Shown here one piece after another: positions 1 to 9,855 of a stretch of 64,000 nucleotides of DNA (position 1 is its first letter; the number at the start of each line of letters is the position of its first letter). Below the pieces are notes generated by a model. That model made no database searches. It was not told the DNA's origin and worked only from the letters and a program-made list of their open reading frames with translations. A program made the position numbers and the translations under genes. Source of the DNA: Myxococcales bacterium (GTDB lineage: Bacteria > Myxococcota_A > Polyangia > Nannocystales > Nannocystaceae); the NCBI GenBank assembly GCA_020633295.1, contig JACKDW010000001.1, positions 1,213,828 through 1,277,827 on the forward strand. Direction: 5' to 3'.

Positions 1-580
1 CCAGCCGACGACCAGCGGCCAGGCTGGTCAGCCGACGCAGCAACAGCCGCCGCAGGCCGACGCGAACGGCGTCGTGCCGGGCAGCAAGGACGACCCGCGG
101 TATCACAGCCCCGAGGTGTCCAAAGATCCCGGTCAGGCCGGCGGGGTCGTCGTCCTCTGGCCGCGCATCATCCCCAGCGCCATCGCCGACCAGAACGCCG
201 CCACGGCCTCGTCGATCCAGCAGCACATGCAGCAGATCGCCGGTCGCGCGCTGCCGGGTCGACCGATCAACGTGCGCCCGAACCCCGAGCGCGTGTGCCC
301 CAAGGGCGGCTGCGCGGCGCCCTCGCTCAACGTGTTCTTCACGCGCCAGGCCAACGCCTGCGTCGCGGTCGCGCTGGTCGCCGGCGCCGGCGAGGTGAAC
401 ACGCGGCTCGTGCCCTGGGCGGGCGAGGTCGTGTTCAAGGGCGGCGACTCCGTGCCCTTCCGCCAGCCGCCGGAGAACCAGGTCACGATCAAGGACTACG
501 TGCCCTGCGACGCGCTCATGACCGAGATGGCGAAGCAGGACGCGGCGGTCGAGGCGGCCCTGCGCGCCGTCGGCGGCTGA
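1..580 (+). CDS. 3' part of a hypothetical protein (5' end lies outside the window); Pro/Gly-rich segment followed by a Cys-containing C-terminal domain
   Basis: Open frame runs from the window edge in the frame of ORF 74..580. The translation has balanced amino-acid composition, unlike the Arg-rich antisense frames. No recognisable motif. Confidence 0.5.
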   Translation, partial: QPTTSGQAGQPTQQQPPQADANGVVPGSKDDPRYHSPEVSKDPGQAGGVVVLWPRIIPSAIADQNAATASSIQQHMQQIAGRALPGRPINVRPNPERVCPKGGCAAPSLNVFFTRQANACVAVALVAGAGEVNTRLVPWAGEVVFKGGDSVPFRQPPENQVTIKDYVPCDALMTEMAKQDAAVEAALRAVGG

Positions 581-856
581 CGCCGCGCGCGTCGAACGAG
601 CGCCGCGTGCGTCGGCGCGGCGCCTCGCCGCGCCGTTCGTCGAGGACGCCGCGTTGTTCGCGACCTCCACCGAGAGGACGCCCCGCGTCCATCGACGCTG
701 ACGCGGACTACACGGGACGACACGTCGCGCGACGTCGCGTACGTCGGTGTGTGGGTCAACCGGGTCCGCGGCGTCGTTGCAGGTCGCCGAGTCGATCCCG
801 CGGACCCGCGCGGGTGAACTCGTCGCGCGCGATCTTCCAGGGCCGCGCGTCCTGCA

Positions 857-3800
857 GTGCGCGATTCGAGGTACCCTCACACGGTGCGTGATCCGCTGTC
901 CGGCGATGCGCCCGCGCCGCCCGAACTCGATCTCGAGGCGGATCGCCTGCGCGCGCTCATGCGCGCCAGCGTGTTCAAGCAGAAGCATCAACCCGTGACG
1001 ATCGGGCGCTTCGAGATCGTCCGCCTGCTCGGCTCAGGCGCGATGGGGATGGTCTACGAGGCGGTCGATCCCCGCGACGACGAGACGGTCGCGATCAAGG
1101 TCCTGCGCAGCCAGAACCCCCGCGCGCTCGCGCTGTTCAAGAAAGAGTTCCGCGCGCTCTCTCGCCTCAGCCACCCCAACCTCGTCACGCTCTACGAGCT
1201 CGGCCGGGCCGGTCAGCGCTACTTCTTCTCGATGGAGCTCGTGCGCGGCATCCCGCTGCAGCGCTACCTCTGGGGCCTCGAGCTGCCGGACACGAGCGAC
1301 CTCGCGGCCCAGACCCCCGAGGCCTCCCAGAGCCTCACGGCGCTCTCGATCTCGCCGGTCACCGACTTCGCGCGCCTGCGCGACGTCTTCGGGCAGCTGT
1401 GCGCCGGCGTCTCGGCGCTCCACCAGGCCGGCAAGCTGCACCGCGACATCAAGCCCTCCAACGCGCTCGTCACCGGCAGCGGGCGCGTCGTGCTCATGGA
1501 CTTCGGCTTCGTCAGCGAGCAGGGCCAGGGCGCGCTCGAGTCGACCCACGGGAACATGGTCGTAGGGACACCCGCGTTCATGTCGCCCGAGCAGGCCCGC
1601 GCCGCGCCGCCCTCGCCGACGAGCGACTGGTACAGCGTCGGCGCGGCGCTCTACATGGTGCTGACCGGCCAGCCGCCGTTCTTCGGCCTCAACCTCGCCG
1701 ACATGATGCAGGCCAAGCAGACGCGCCTGCCGATCGCGCCGCGCCTGCTCGTCAACGGCATCCCCGAGGACATCGCCGCGCTGTGCGTCGGCCTGCTCGC
1801 GCCGGACCCAAAGAACAGGCCAGACGAGCGCGCGGTGTTCCGCGTGTTCAGCAAGGACGGCGAGCGCGCCCCCGGCATGTCGCTGCGCGCGCGGGCTCGC
1901 GACGCCGCGGCCGCGATGCCGCTCGTCGGCGGCGGCGGGGTCGACCTCCGCGCCGGGCTCGTCGGCCGCGACGCCGAGCTCGCGGCGCTGCGCGAGGCCT
2001 ACGCGCGCGTCGAGGGCACCTCGGGACAGGTTCAACCAACCGCGGTGTTCGTCACGAGCCGCGCCGGCCTGGGCAAGACGACGCTGCTGCGCCGGTTCAC
2101 GAGCGAGCTGCGCGACGCCGGCGAGGCCGTGGTGCTGAAGACGCGCTGCTACGAGCGCGACACCATGCAGCTCAAGGCGCTCGACGGCCTCGTCGACGCG
2201 CTCGCCCGACACCTCAAGCAGCTCCCCGAGCCCGAGCTGCGCGCGCTGCTCTCGGCCGACGTGAACGCGCTCGTCGCCCAGTTCCCCGCGCTGCTGCAGG
2301 TCCGCGCGCTCGCGGGTCGCGAGCCCGCCGCGCTCGACCGACGCGAGCTGCAGCCGCGCGCGCTCGCGGCCCTGCGCGAGATCCTGCAGCGGCTCGGCGA
2401 GCGCGCCCCGCTGGTCGTCTGGGTCGACGATCTGCAGTGGGGTGACGTCGACAGCGTCGCGCTGCTCGTCGAGCTGCTCGACCCGCGCGAGCGCGCGACG
2501 CCGCGCGTGCTCCTGCTCGCCAGCTACCGCAGCGAGGACGCCGCGCGCAGCCCCGCGCTCGAGCCGCTGCAGCGGCTCGCCGAGGACCCCGCGCGCGCGG
2601 CCCACGTCACGCGCCTCGAGCTCACGCCGCTCGACGAGGACGCGTGCATGGCGATCGCCGAGCGCCTGCTCGCCGTGCGGGCGCCCGACGCCGCCGACGA
2701 CACCGCCCAGGCCATCGCCCGCGAGGCCCAGGGCAGCCCGCTGTTCGTGCACGAGCTCGTGCGCTTCGTCGAGCGCGAGGTCGCGGTCGCGCAGGCTGAC
2801 GGCCGGCGCCCGCACGTCTCGCTCGAGGCGCTGCTGCACGTGCGCGTCGCCCAGCTGCCGAGGCGGATGCGGCGGCTGCTCGCGCTCGTCGCGGTCGCCG
2901 GCCGCCCGATCGAGCTCTCGCTCGCGCTCGCGGCCGCCGAGATCCGCGAGGACGCGCGCGCGGTCGTCCGTCGCCTCGACAACGAGAACCTCGTGATCGC
3001 GCGCGAGCGCGACGGCGTCACGATCCTCGACACCCAGGAGCGCGTGCGCGCGGCCGCGGTCGCGCAGCTCGACGGCGTCACGCTGCGCGCCCACCACGAG
3101 CGCCTCGCCGAGATCTACGCGGCCGCCGACGCGCCCGATCACGTCATCCTCGCCGAGCACCTGCGCGCCGCCGGGCAGCTCACGCAGGCGCGCGCGCACA
3201 TCATCGCCGCCGCGCGCCAGGCCGCCGCCGCCGGCGATCACGATCAGGCCGCCGAGCACTATCACTTCGCGATCGAGCTGTCCGCGGACGACCCGGACGA
3301 GACCGAGCGCCTGCGCCTGCAGCTCGCGGACGTGCTCGCCCGCTGCGGCCGCTGGACGCTCGCCGCCGACACCTACGTCGACCTCTCGCGCGGGCAGCCC
3401 GGCGCCGACCCGCGCCTGTACGCGCGCGCGGCCGCGCTCATGCTCGCGCAGGGCATCACCAACATCGGCCGCGTCATGCTGATCACGGGCATGCGCGAGG
3501 CCAACCTGCGCCCGCCCGGCGCGGCTCGTGTCGTCCGCTGGCTGCGCCGCGGCAGCGCCAAGCTGCGCGGCTACGAATTCGAAGCGCGCCTGCCGTCGAC
3601 GCTCGCGCCCGAGGCCGCGGCCCGCGTCGACGTGCTCGAGGCCGGCGCCGTCGGGCTCGCGCCCACCGACCTCGACGCCGCCGAGGATCTCCAGGCTCGT
3701 CACCTGCGGAGCGCGCTCGACCTCGGGGACCCGCGCCGGGTCGCCCGCGCGCTCGCCCTCGAGGCGCTGACCGAGGCGCGTCGCGGCGTCGACGGGCGCG

Positions 3801-5101
3801 CGCGCGTGCGCGCCCTCCTCACCCGCGCCGATGAGCTGCTCGTCGCGGCCGGCGCGTCGGCGGCCGTGGCCGCGTCGCCCTCCGACGCTTCCTCCCACGC
3901 TTCCTCCCACGCTTCCTCCCACGCTTCCTCCGACTCGTCGCTCCGACCTCGAGCTCCGACGCGCACGACGACCTCCCTGTCGTCGACGGACGACGAGGCC
4001 GTCGGCGCGTCGGCGGCGACGCGCGAGGTGACCGCCGCGCGCCTGCGGCTGCGGACGATCGAGACGCTTACGCACGCGCTGCAGGGTGATCTCGACGCGG
4101 CGATCGTGGGCTGCGAGGCGTGCGAGTCGGCGCTGCTCGAGTCGTGCCCCGACGACGCGTGGGGGCTGACCGAGCTGCGCCGCGCGCGGCTCGACTGCCT
4201 GCGCCGCGCCGGGCTGTTCACCGAGCTGCGAGCGCAGCGCGACCGCGTCGCCGCGCTCGCGCAGGCGGTCGAGAGCCGCGAGCTCAAGGCCATGAGCCGG
4301 CTCGCGGATGTCTGGCTCGCGCTCGCGGGCGCGGCCGCCGACGAGGCCGCGCGCTGGCTCGACGAGGCGCGCGCGCACTGGACGATCCGCAGCCCGAGCG
4401 TGCCGCTGGCGGAGGTGCTGATCGCCGAGGTCCACGTCGCGCTCGCGCGCCGCGACGTCGACGCGGCCGCGCGCGCGCTCGCCGACGCCTGGTCGCAGCT
4501 CTCCGGCAGCACGCTGTGGCGCGTGCAGCAGCTCCGCGTCGACGCGCTGTTCGCCCGCGCGCTCTGCAGCGTCACCCGCCACGTGAGTGACATGACCTCT
4601 CAGTCACGTCGCGCGGCCGAGCGCGACCTCGCGGCGCTCGCCCAGGAGGACTACCCCGGCGCGGCCGGCCTCGCCGCGCTGCCCTCCGCCTCGCTGCTGG
4701 TCGCGACGGGCGCGCGCGAGCGGGCGGCGGCGGAGCTCGCCGCGGCGATCACCACGCTCGACAACGCGGGCCTGCGCCTGCACGCGCGCGCGTCGCCCAC
4801 GCGCGCGCGCGCGCGTGCTCGCGAGCGGCGAGCGCGACTGCGTCGTCGGCGTGCGCTCGCTCGGCGTGCGCGCCCCGGTCGAGCTCTCGGAGCGGCTCGT
4901 GCCGCTGTCGCGCGCGCTCGCGGGCTGAACCACGTCACGACGCGCGCGGCTCATCGACGTCGGCGTCGGCGGCGGCGGGCTCCGAGCGCACCGACCGACG
5001 CGCACCGATCGACGCGTCCCCGAGCCCCGACGCGCGTCGCCATCTCGCCTCGCGGTCATCAACCCGATTCACGCGCGAGCGCACGCCGGCGCTGGACGTG
5101 A
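857..5101 (+). CDS. Serine/threonine protein kinase fused to a P-loop NTPase (AAA/STAND-like) and a long helical/TPR-like regulatory region
   Basis: GTG 857, with an alternative ATG at 959. Kinase motifs LGSGAMGMVYEA (Gly loop), AIKVL (Lys), HRDIKPSNALV (catalytic loop), DFG, and GTPAFMSPEQ (activation segment). Walker A at SRAGLGKTTLLRRF. The last ~60 codons in this frame are Arg-rich junk. The plausible C-terminus continues in the +1 frame to TGA 4926-4928 after a (GC)n tract at 4801-4815 (see findings). Confidence 0.85.
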   Translation: MRDSRYPHTVRDPLSGDAPAPPELDLEADRLRALMRASVFKQKHQPVTIGRFEIVRLLGSGAMGMVYEAVDPRDDETVAIKVLRSQNPRALALFKKEFRALSRLSHPNLVTLYELGRAGQRYFFSMELVRGIPLQRYLWGLELPDTSDLAAQTPEASQSLTALSISPVTDFARLRDVFGQLCAGVSALHQAGKLHRDIKPSNALVTGSGRVVLMDFGFVSEQGQGALESTHGNMVVGTPAFMSPEQARAAPPSPTSDWYSVGAALYMVLTGQPPFFGLNLADMMQAKQTRLPIAPRLLVNGIPEDIAALCVGLLAPDPKNRPDERAVFRVFSKDGERAPGMSLRARARDAAAAMPLVGGGGVDLRAGLVGRDAELAALREAYARVEGTSGQVQPTAVFVTSRAGLGKTTLLRRFTSELRDAGEAVVLKTRCYERDTMQLKALDGLVDALARHLKQLPEPELRALLSADVNALVAQFPALLQVRALAGREPAALDRRELQPRALAALREILQRLGERAPLVVWVDDLQWGDVDSVALLVELLDPRERATPRVLLLASYRSEDAARSPALEPLQRLAEDPARAAHVTRLELTPLDEDACMAIAERLLAVRAPDAADDTAQAIAREAQGSPLFVHELVRFVEREVAVAQADGRRPHVSLEALLHVRVAQLPRRMRRLLALVAVAGRPIELSLALAAAEIREDARAVVRRLDNENLVIARERDGVTILDTQERVRAAAVAQLDGVTLRAHHERLAEIYAAADAPDHVILAEHLRAAGQLTQARAHIIAAARQAAAAGDHDQAAEHYHFAIELSADDPDETERLRLQLADVLARCGRWTLAADTYVDLSRGQPGADPRLYARAAALMLAQGITNIGRVMLITGMREANLRPPGAARVVRWLRRGSAKLRGYEFEARLPSTLAPEAAARVDVLEAGAVGLAPTDLDAAEDLQARHLRSALDLGDPRRVARALALEALTEARRGVDGRARVRALLTRADELLVAAGASAAVAASPSDASSHASSHASSHASSDSSLRPRAPTRTTTSLSSTDDEAVGASAATREVTAARLRLRTIETLTHALQGDLDAAIVGCEACESALLESCPDDAWGLTELRRARLDCLRRAGLFTELRAQRDRVAALAQAVESRELKAMSRLADVWLALAGAAADEAARWLDEARAHWTIRSPSVPLAEVLIAEVHVALARRDVDAAARALADAWSQLSGSTLWRVQQLRVDALFARALCSVTRHVSDMTSQSRRAAERDLAALAQEDYPGAAGLAALPSASLLVATGARERAAAELAAAITTLDNAGLRLHARASPTRARARARERRARLRRRRALARRARPGRALGAARAAVARARGLNHVTTRAAHRRRRRRRRAPSAPTDAHRSTRPRAPTRVAISPRGHQPDSRASARRRWT
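3887..3934 (+). repeat. 12-bp tandem repeat (gcttcctcccac) x4, last copy imperfect, encoding (SHAS)n inside the kinase gene
   Basis: Direct reading of 3887-3934. The translation shows SHASSHASSHASS. Confidence 0.8.
4801..4815. repeat. (GC)7-8 dinucleotide tract at the point where the kinase reading frame appears to shift
   Basis: gcgcgcgcgcgcgcg read directly. Frame 2 upstream is protein-like and frame 0 downstream is protein-like (VLASGERDCVVGVRSLGVRAPVELSERLVPLSRALAG, then stop). Confidence 0.7.
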
Positions 5102-5410
5102 CGCTCGCGCGCGACGATCGCGAGCACCTCGCGCTCGCGGCGTTCGGGACCGACGACCCCTGTTCGCCGCTGCGCTGGCGGGGGCCACTCGCCGACGCGC
5201 GCCGGGTCGCGAGCGCGGCCATTTCGAGATGTTCCATAGGTCAGCTCCACACGCGCGCCCACACGATCGCCGCGCTCAGGGCGACCGCCCGCGCCAGGGC
5301 CCGCGCCGCCGATCGGGTCAGAACCGCCGTCACGCCCGGCAGCGCGCCGTTCACGCGAACGCCGCGGGAGGCCCGTGACGCGCTGCGCTATCCGGGGTAG
5401 CCTTCGCGCG

Positions 5411-6064
5411 ATGGAGGACGATTTTGCTCTTCTCGACAAGTGGCGCGCGGGCGACCTCGACGCGGGGAGCGACCTGTTTGATCGCCACTTCGAGAGCATT
5501 CACCGGTTCCTGCGCAACAAGGTCGGGGACGACACTGACGAGGTGATGCAGCGCACCCTGCTCGCCTGCGTCGAGAGCCGCGACCGGTTCCGCGGCGCCT
5601 CCAGCTTTCGCACCTTCCTGTTCGGCGTCGCGCGCCTCGAGCTGCTCTCGCACTACCGCCGCAAGCGCAAGCTCGACGCCCACGTCGGCTTCGAATCGCG
5701 CTCCTTCTACGACCTCGACCCGTCCCCCAGCACCATCGTCGCCCGCCACATGGAGCAGCGGCTGCTGCTCGAGGCGCTGCGCAGGCTCCCCGTCGACCTC
5801 CAGATCGCGCTCGAGCTGCACTACTGGGAGGCGATGTCCGCGACCGAGATCGCGACCGTGCTCGAGATCCCCGCCGGCACCGTCAAGAGCCGCCTGCGCC
5901 GCGCCAAGGAGCTGCTGCGCGAGACCATGAGCCACCTCGCGCTCAACAAGGATCAGCTCGAGAGCACCATGGGCGACCTCGGCGGCTGGGCCAAGTCGCT
6001 CGGCGAGGCGCTGCGCGAGGGCGCCGCGTCCCCGCGTCGAGGCGGGCGCAAGCCGAAGCGCTGA
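5411..6064 (+). CDS. ECF-type RNA polymerase sigma factor (sigma-70 regions 2 and 4)
   Basis: ATG 5411 (MEDDFALLDKW...). Region 2-like FRGASSFRTFLFGVARLELLSHYRRKRK and region 4.2-like helix-turn-helix MSATEIATVLEIPAGTVKSRLRRAKELL. An alternative GTG start at 5375 is possible. Confidence 0.8.
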   Translation: MEDDFALLDKWRAGDLDAGSDLFDRHFESIHRFLRNKVGDDTDEVMQRTLLACVESRDRFRGASSFRTFLFGVARLELLSHYRRKRKLDAHVGFESRSFYDLDPSPSTIVARHMEQRLLLEALRRLPVDLQIALELHYWEAMSATEIATVLEIPAGTVKSRLRRAKELLRETMSHLALNKDQLESTMGDLGGWAKSLGEALREGAASPRRGGRKPKR

Positions 6065-6085
6065 TCGACCACCGGAGAGCCGACG

Positions 6086-6472
6086 ATGACGCGCAGGGAG
6101 CTGATCAAGGCCGTGCAGGACTCCGTCCGCGAGGCGCTGCCCGAGCTGACGCAGCACGACATCGCCACGGTCGTCGACGCCGCCTTCGAGCAGATCGCGA
6201 CCGCCATGCGCGATGACGGCCGCTACGCGCACCCCGGCTTCGGCACCTTCTCGGTTCGCCGCCTCGCGCCGCGGCCTGGCTTCAACCCGCGCACCGGCGA
6301 GCGAATCCAGGTGCGCGCCTCGACCTCCGTGCGCTTCTCCGCCTCGCGCTCGCTCGTGGAGCGCCTCGGCGTCGCGCGTGCGCCCAGCGACCACGCGGAC
6401 GCGCGCGACCTCGAGAGCGACCTCGAGAGCGACCTCGAGAGCGACCTCGAGAGCGACCTCGAGAGCGACTAG
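6086..6472 (+). CDS. HU/IHF-family nucleoid DNA-binding protein with an acidic C-terminal (DLES)5 repeat tail
   Basis: ATG 6086 preceded by GGAGAG, Shine-Dalgarno (SD)-like ribosome-binding sequence, 6 nt upstream. HU-fold motifs ELIKAV, GFGTFSVRRLAPRPGFNPRTGERIQVRASTSVRFSAS. Confidence 0.85.
   Translation: MTRRELIKAVQDSVREALPELTQHDIATVVDAAFEQIATAMRDDGRYAHPGFGTFSVRRLAPRPGFNPRTGERIQVRASTSVRFSASRSLVERLGVARAPSDHADARDLESDLESDLESDLESDLESD
6407..6466 (+). repeat. Perfect 12-bp tandem repeat (gacctcgagagc) x5 encoding DLES x5 at the C-terminus of the HU-like protein
   Basis: Direct reading of 6407-6466. Confidence 0.9.
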
Positions 6473-6602
6473 CCCGAGGCCTACACCCCCTGCCCGCAGC
6501 GGGGCGCCGAAGCTCAGGACGCGCGCGCGCTCGCGCGTGGTTCTACGATCGCCCGACCCGACCGCGTCCGCGCGCGCGCGACGTCACGCGCGCCTGCCCA
6601 AT

Positions 6603-6631
6603 TGAGCACACAAGCAGACGCTGATACCATC
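6603..6631 (+). promoter_or_regulatory. Candidate sigma-70-like promoter (TTGAGC, 17-bp spacer, TACCAT) upstream of repeat-element copy 1 and sthA
   Basis: Hexamers at 6603-6608 and 6626-6631 with a 17-nt spacer, in the 515-bp HU-sthA intergenic region. Pattern match only. Confidence 0.25.
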
Positions 6632-6662
6632 GCCGCGTCCGATGCAGGAGGTGCGCCGGTCC

Positions 6663-6890
6663 AGGTCTAGCTCGGTGCCCTGCACCAGGGCGGCGTTGCG
6701 CCGCCCGGGCGTACCTCTCCGCATTCATCACAAGGAAGGCTATTCCAGAATGTCGCTGTCCCGAGAAGAGCCCGTAGACGGCGACGGGCTGGAACAACCT
6801 CGCCACTCGAAGTTCCGTACGCCGTCTACGGGCTCTTCTCGGGGCGAATTCAGTGAGCCTTCCATGTCCCAGGTCATGTCGTAGACGACC
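6663..6890 (+). repeat. Copy 1 of a conserved non-coding element with a long hairpin. Core 6726-6875; the variable stem arms 6761-6781 and 6822-6842 form a 21-bp perfect helix. Candidate structured RNA or a MITE (miniature inverted-repeat transposable element).
   Basis: About 150 nt near-identical to 9663-9812 apart from the central stem (for example catcacaaggaaggctattccagaatgtcgctgtcc ... ggcgacgggctggaacaacNtcgccactcgaagttccgtacgccgt ... ggcgaattcagtgagccttccatgtcccaggtc). The stem is entirely different in the two copies yet perfectly complementary within each. Weaker similarity extends about 60 nt upstream. Confidence 0.75.
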
Positions 6891-6986
6891 GCGCGCCTCC
6901 GGCATCGGACACCTCTTCACAACCAGCCACGGACCCCACCCAGGCGAGCCCCGACCTCGTCCGTCGTCGCCAGCAGGAGACACGCA

Positions 6987-8393
<1,407 letters not shown>

Positions 8394-8622
8394 GACCGCT
8401 GCGGTGACGCCGAGCGCCGCGCGCGAGCGTGGCAGCGCGCGCGCGAGTCCGCACGACGCCGCGCGCGAGCAGCCGCCGCGCGCGACCACGTCCGCACACG
8501 CCGCGCGCCGCAGCGCGCCCGACAGCGCGCGCCTGGCCCGAAGATATTGTCGCGCGCGTCGCCGGCACGCGCCGAAATCACGGCCAGGACGAGTTCCGGA
8601 ACTGTTATGCTGCGTTGAGCCC

Positions 8623-9381
8623 ATGTCCGAGTTCCAACTCGCCACGCGCACCTCGATCACCGCGTACTATTCGCGGAGTCAGCTGTTGATCATCGCCGAG
8701 GGCAAGCTGCCGACGCCGGATTGGGAGATCGACATCAGCCAGGATCACAACCAGGCGGCGGTCCCGACGTTTCGACTCTCACGTCGCCCGCGGCCGACCG
8801 ACACCGGCGACGAGGAGACCCCGTTTCGCTACGGCGAGATCTTCACGATCGGCCGCCCGCCCGATCACATCATCGTCCGCCACGTCGACGGCGACGACCG
8901 CGTCCCGGTCGAGTTCACCAACCAGGAGCTCGTCGACATCGTGCTCAGCCTCAGCCTCGAGGACAGCCAGAGCGACGTCCTCGAGATCCCGATGCTCGAC
9001 GACATGGGCGACGAGCCGTCCTCCTCGGTCTACGACTCCGGCCTCCACCGCGTCGAGGTCAACGCGTCCTCCCTGGGCGGCGGCGGAGACGTCATGGTCG
9101 GCCAGGCCATCCCGGCGATGGGCGGGATCAACCTCGACCCGAGCCAGAGCGGCTCGGGCATGCTCAACGACCTCAGCGTCCGCTACCGCGAGTCGGTCGG
9201 CTACTCGAACAAGCTCTCCTTCGACGAGGCCTTCGCCGACGCGCTCAAGAAGCTCCCCCCGCCCGCGATGAAGTTCCCCGACATGATGGAGACCGTCGAG
9301 GTCGTGCACATCGGCGGGACCTTCGGCGGGATCGCGGGCTTCCACCGCCTCGAGGTCCGCATCCGCGCGTACCCCGACTGA
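8623..9381 (+). CDS. Hypothetical acidic cytoplasmic protein (no recognisable domain)
   Basis: ATG 8623 ([11 protein letters not shown]...). Protein-like composition with slightly lower-GC codon choice than the neighbours (tat, agt, ttg, ttt). No signal peptide. Confidence 0.55.
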   Translation: MSEFQLATRTSITAYYSRSQLLIIAEGKLPTPDWEIDISQDHNQAAVPTFRLSRRPRPTDTGDEETPFRYGEIFTIGRPPDHIIVRHVDGDDRVPVEFTNQELVDIVLSLSLEDSQSDVLEIPMLDDMGDEPSSSVYDSGLHRVEVNASSLGGGGDVMVGQAIPAMGGINLDPSQSGSGMLNDLSVRYRESVGYSNKLSFDEAFADALKKLPPPAMKFPDMMETVEVVHIGGTFGGIAGFHRLEVRIRAYPD

Positions 9382-9597
9382 GCGCGCGACGAGATCTCGC
9401 GCCGCCTCCAGCGCGAGCGGTCGGGCCCGCGACCCGACAAAACATGACTCATAAACCAGGTTTCCGCGCGCGCGCGCCGGGAGAAACTCACCCGCGCGCG
9501 CCGGGAGGCGCGGGAAGCTGCGGGAAGCTGTTGATCCGCGCGCCGGAGGCGTGCTATCCGATCAGCACGCGGACGAACTGCTCACCCGACCAGGAGG

Positions 9598-9825
9598 TAG
9601 GTCTAGCCTGATGCCCTGCATCAAGATCGGCGCTGCGCCGATCCGGCATCTTCCATCGCACACATCACAAGGAAGGCTATTCCAGAATGTCGCTGTCCCT
9701 CATATATGCCTCGTACGGCGACGGGCTGGAACAACGTCGCCACTCGAAGTTCCGTACGCCGTACGAGGCATATATGAGGGGCGAATTCAGTGAGCCTTCC
9801 ATGTCCCAGGTCTTGAAGTAGACAT
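9598..9825 (+). repeat. Copy 2 of the hairpin element. Core 9663-9812; stem arms 9697-9718 and 9759-9780 form a 22-bp perfect helix with a different sequence from copy 1.
   Basis: Direct comparison with 6663-6890. Same orientation. Loop and flanks identical except one c/g difference in the loop. Confidence 0.75.
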
Positions 9826-9855
9826 CTTGGTAGTTGAGCTTTTCCGACGCCGCTT

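Noticed and set aside
1034-4582. 1182-aa minus-strand ORF antisense to the kinase-NTPase gene
   Set aside because: The translation is dominated by Arg/Ala/Gly, as expected from reading a high-GC gene on the wrong strand. The + strand carries clear kinase and Walker motifs.
5098-5400. 100-aa ORF between the kinase gene and the ECF sigma gene (possible anti-sigma factor)
   Set aside because: It overlaps the kinase ORF's end and has an Arg/Ala-rich composition. It has no transmembrane or zinc-finger anti-sigma features. It is more likely a chance ORF.
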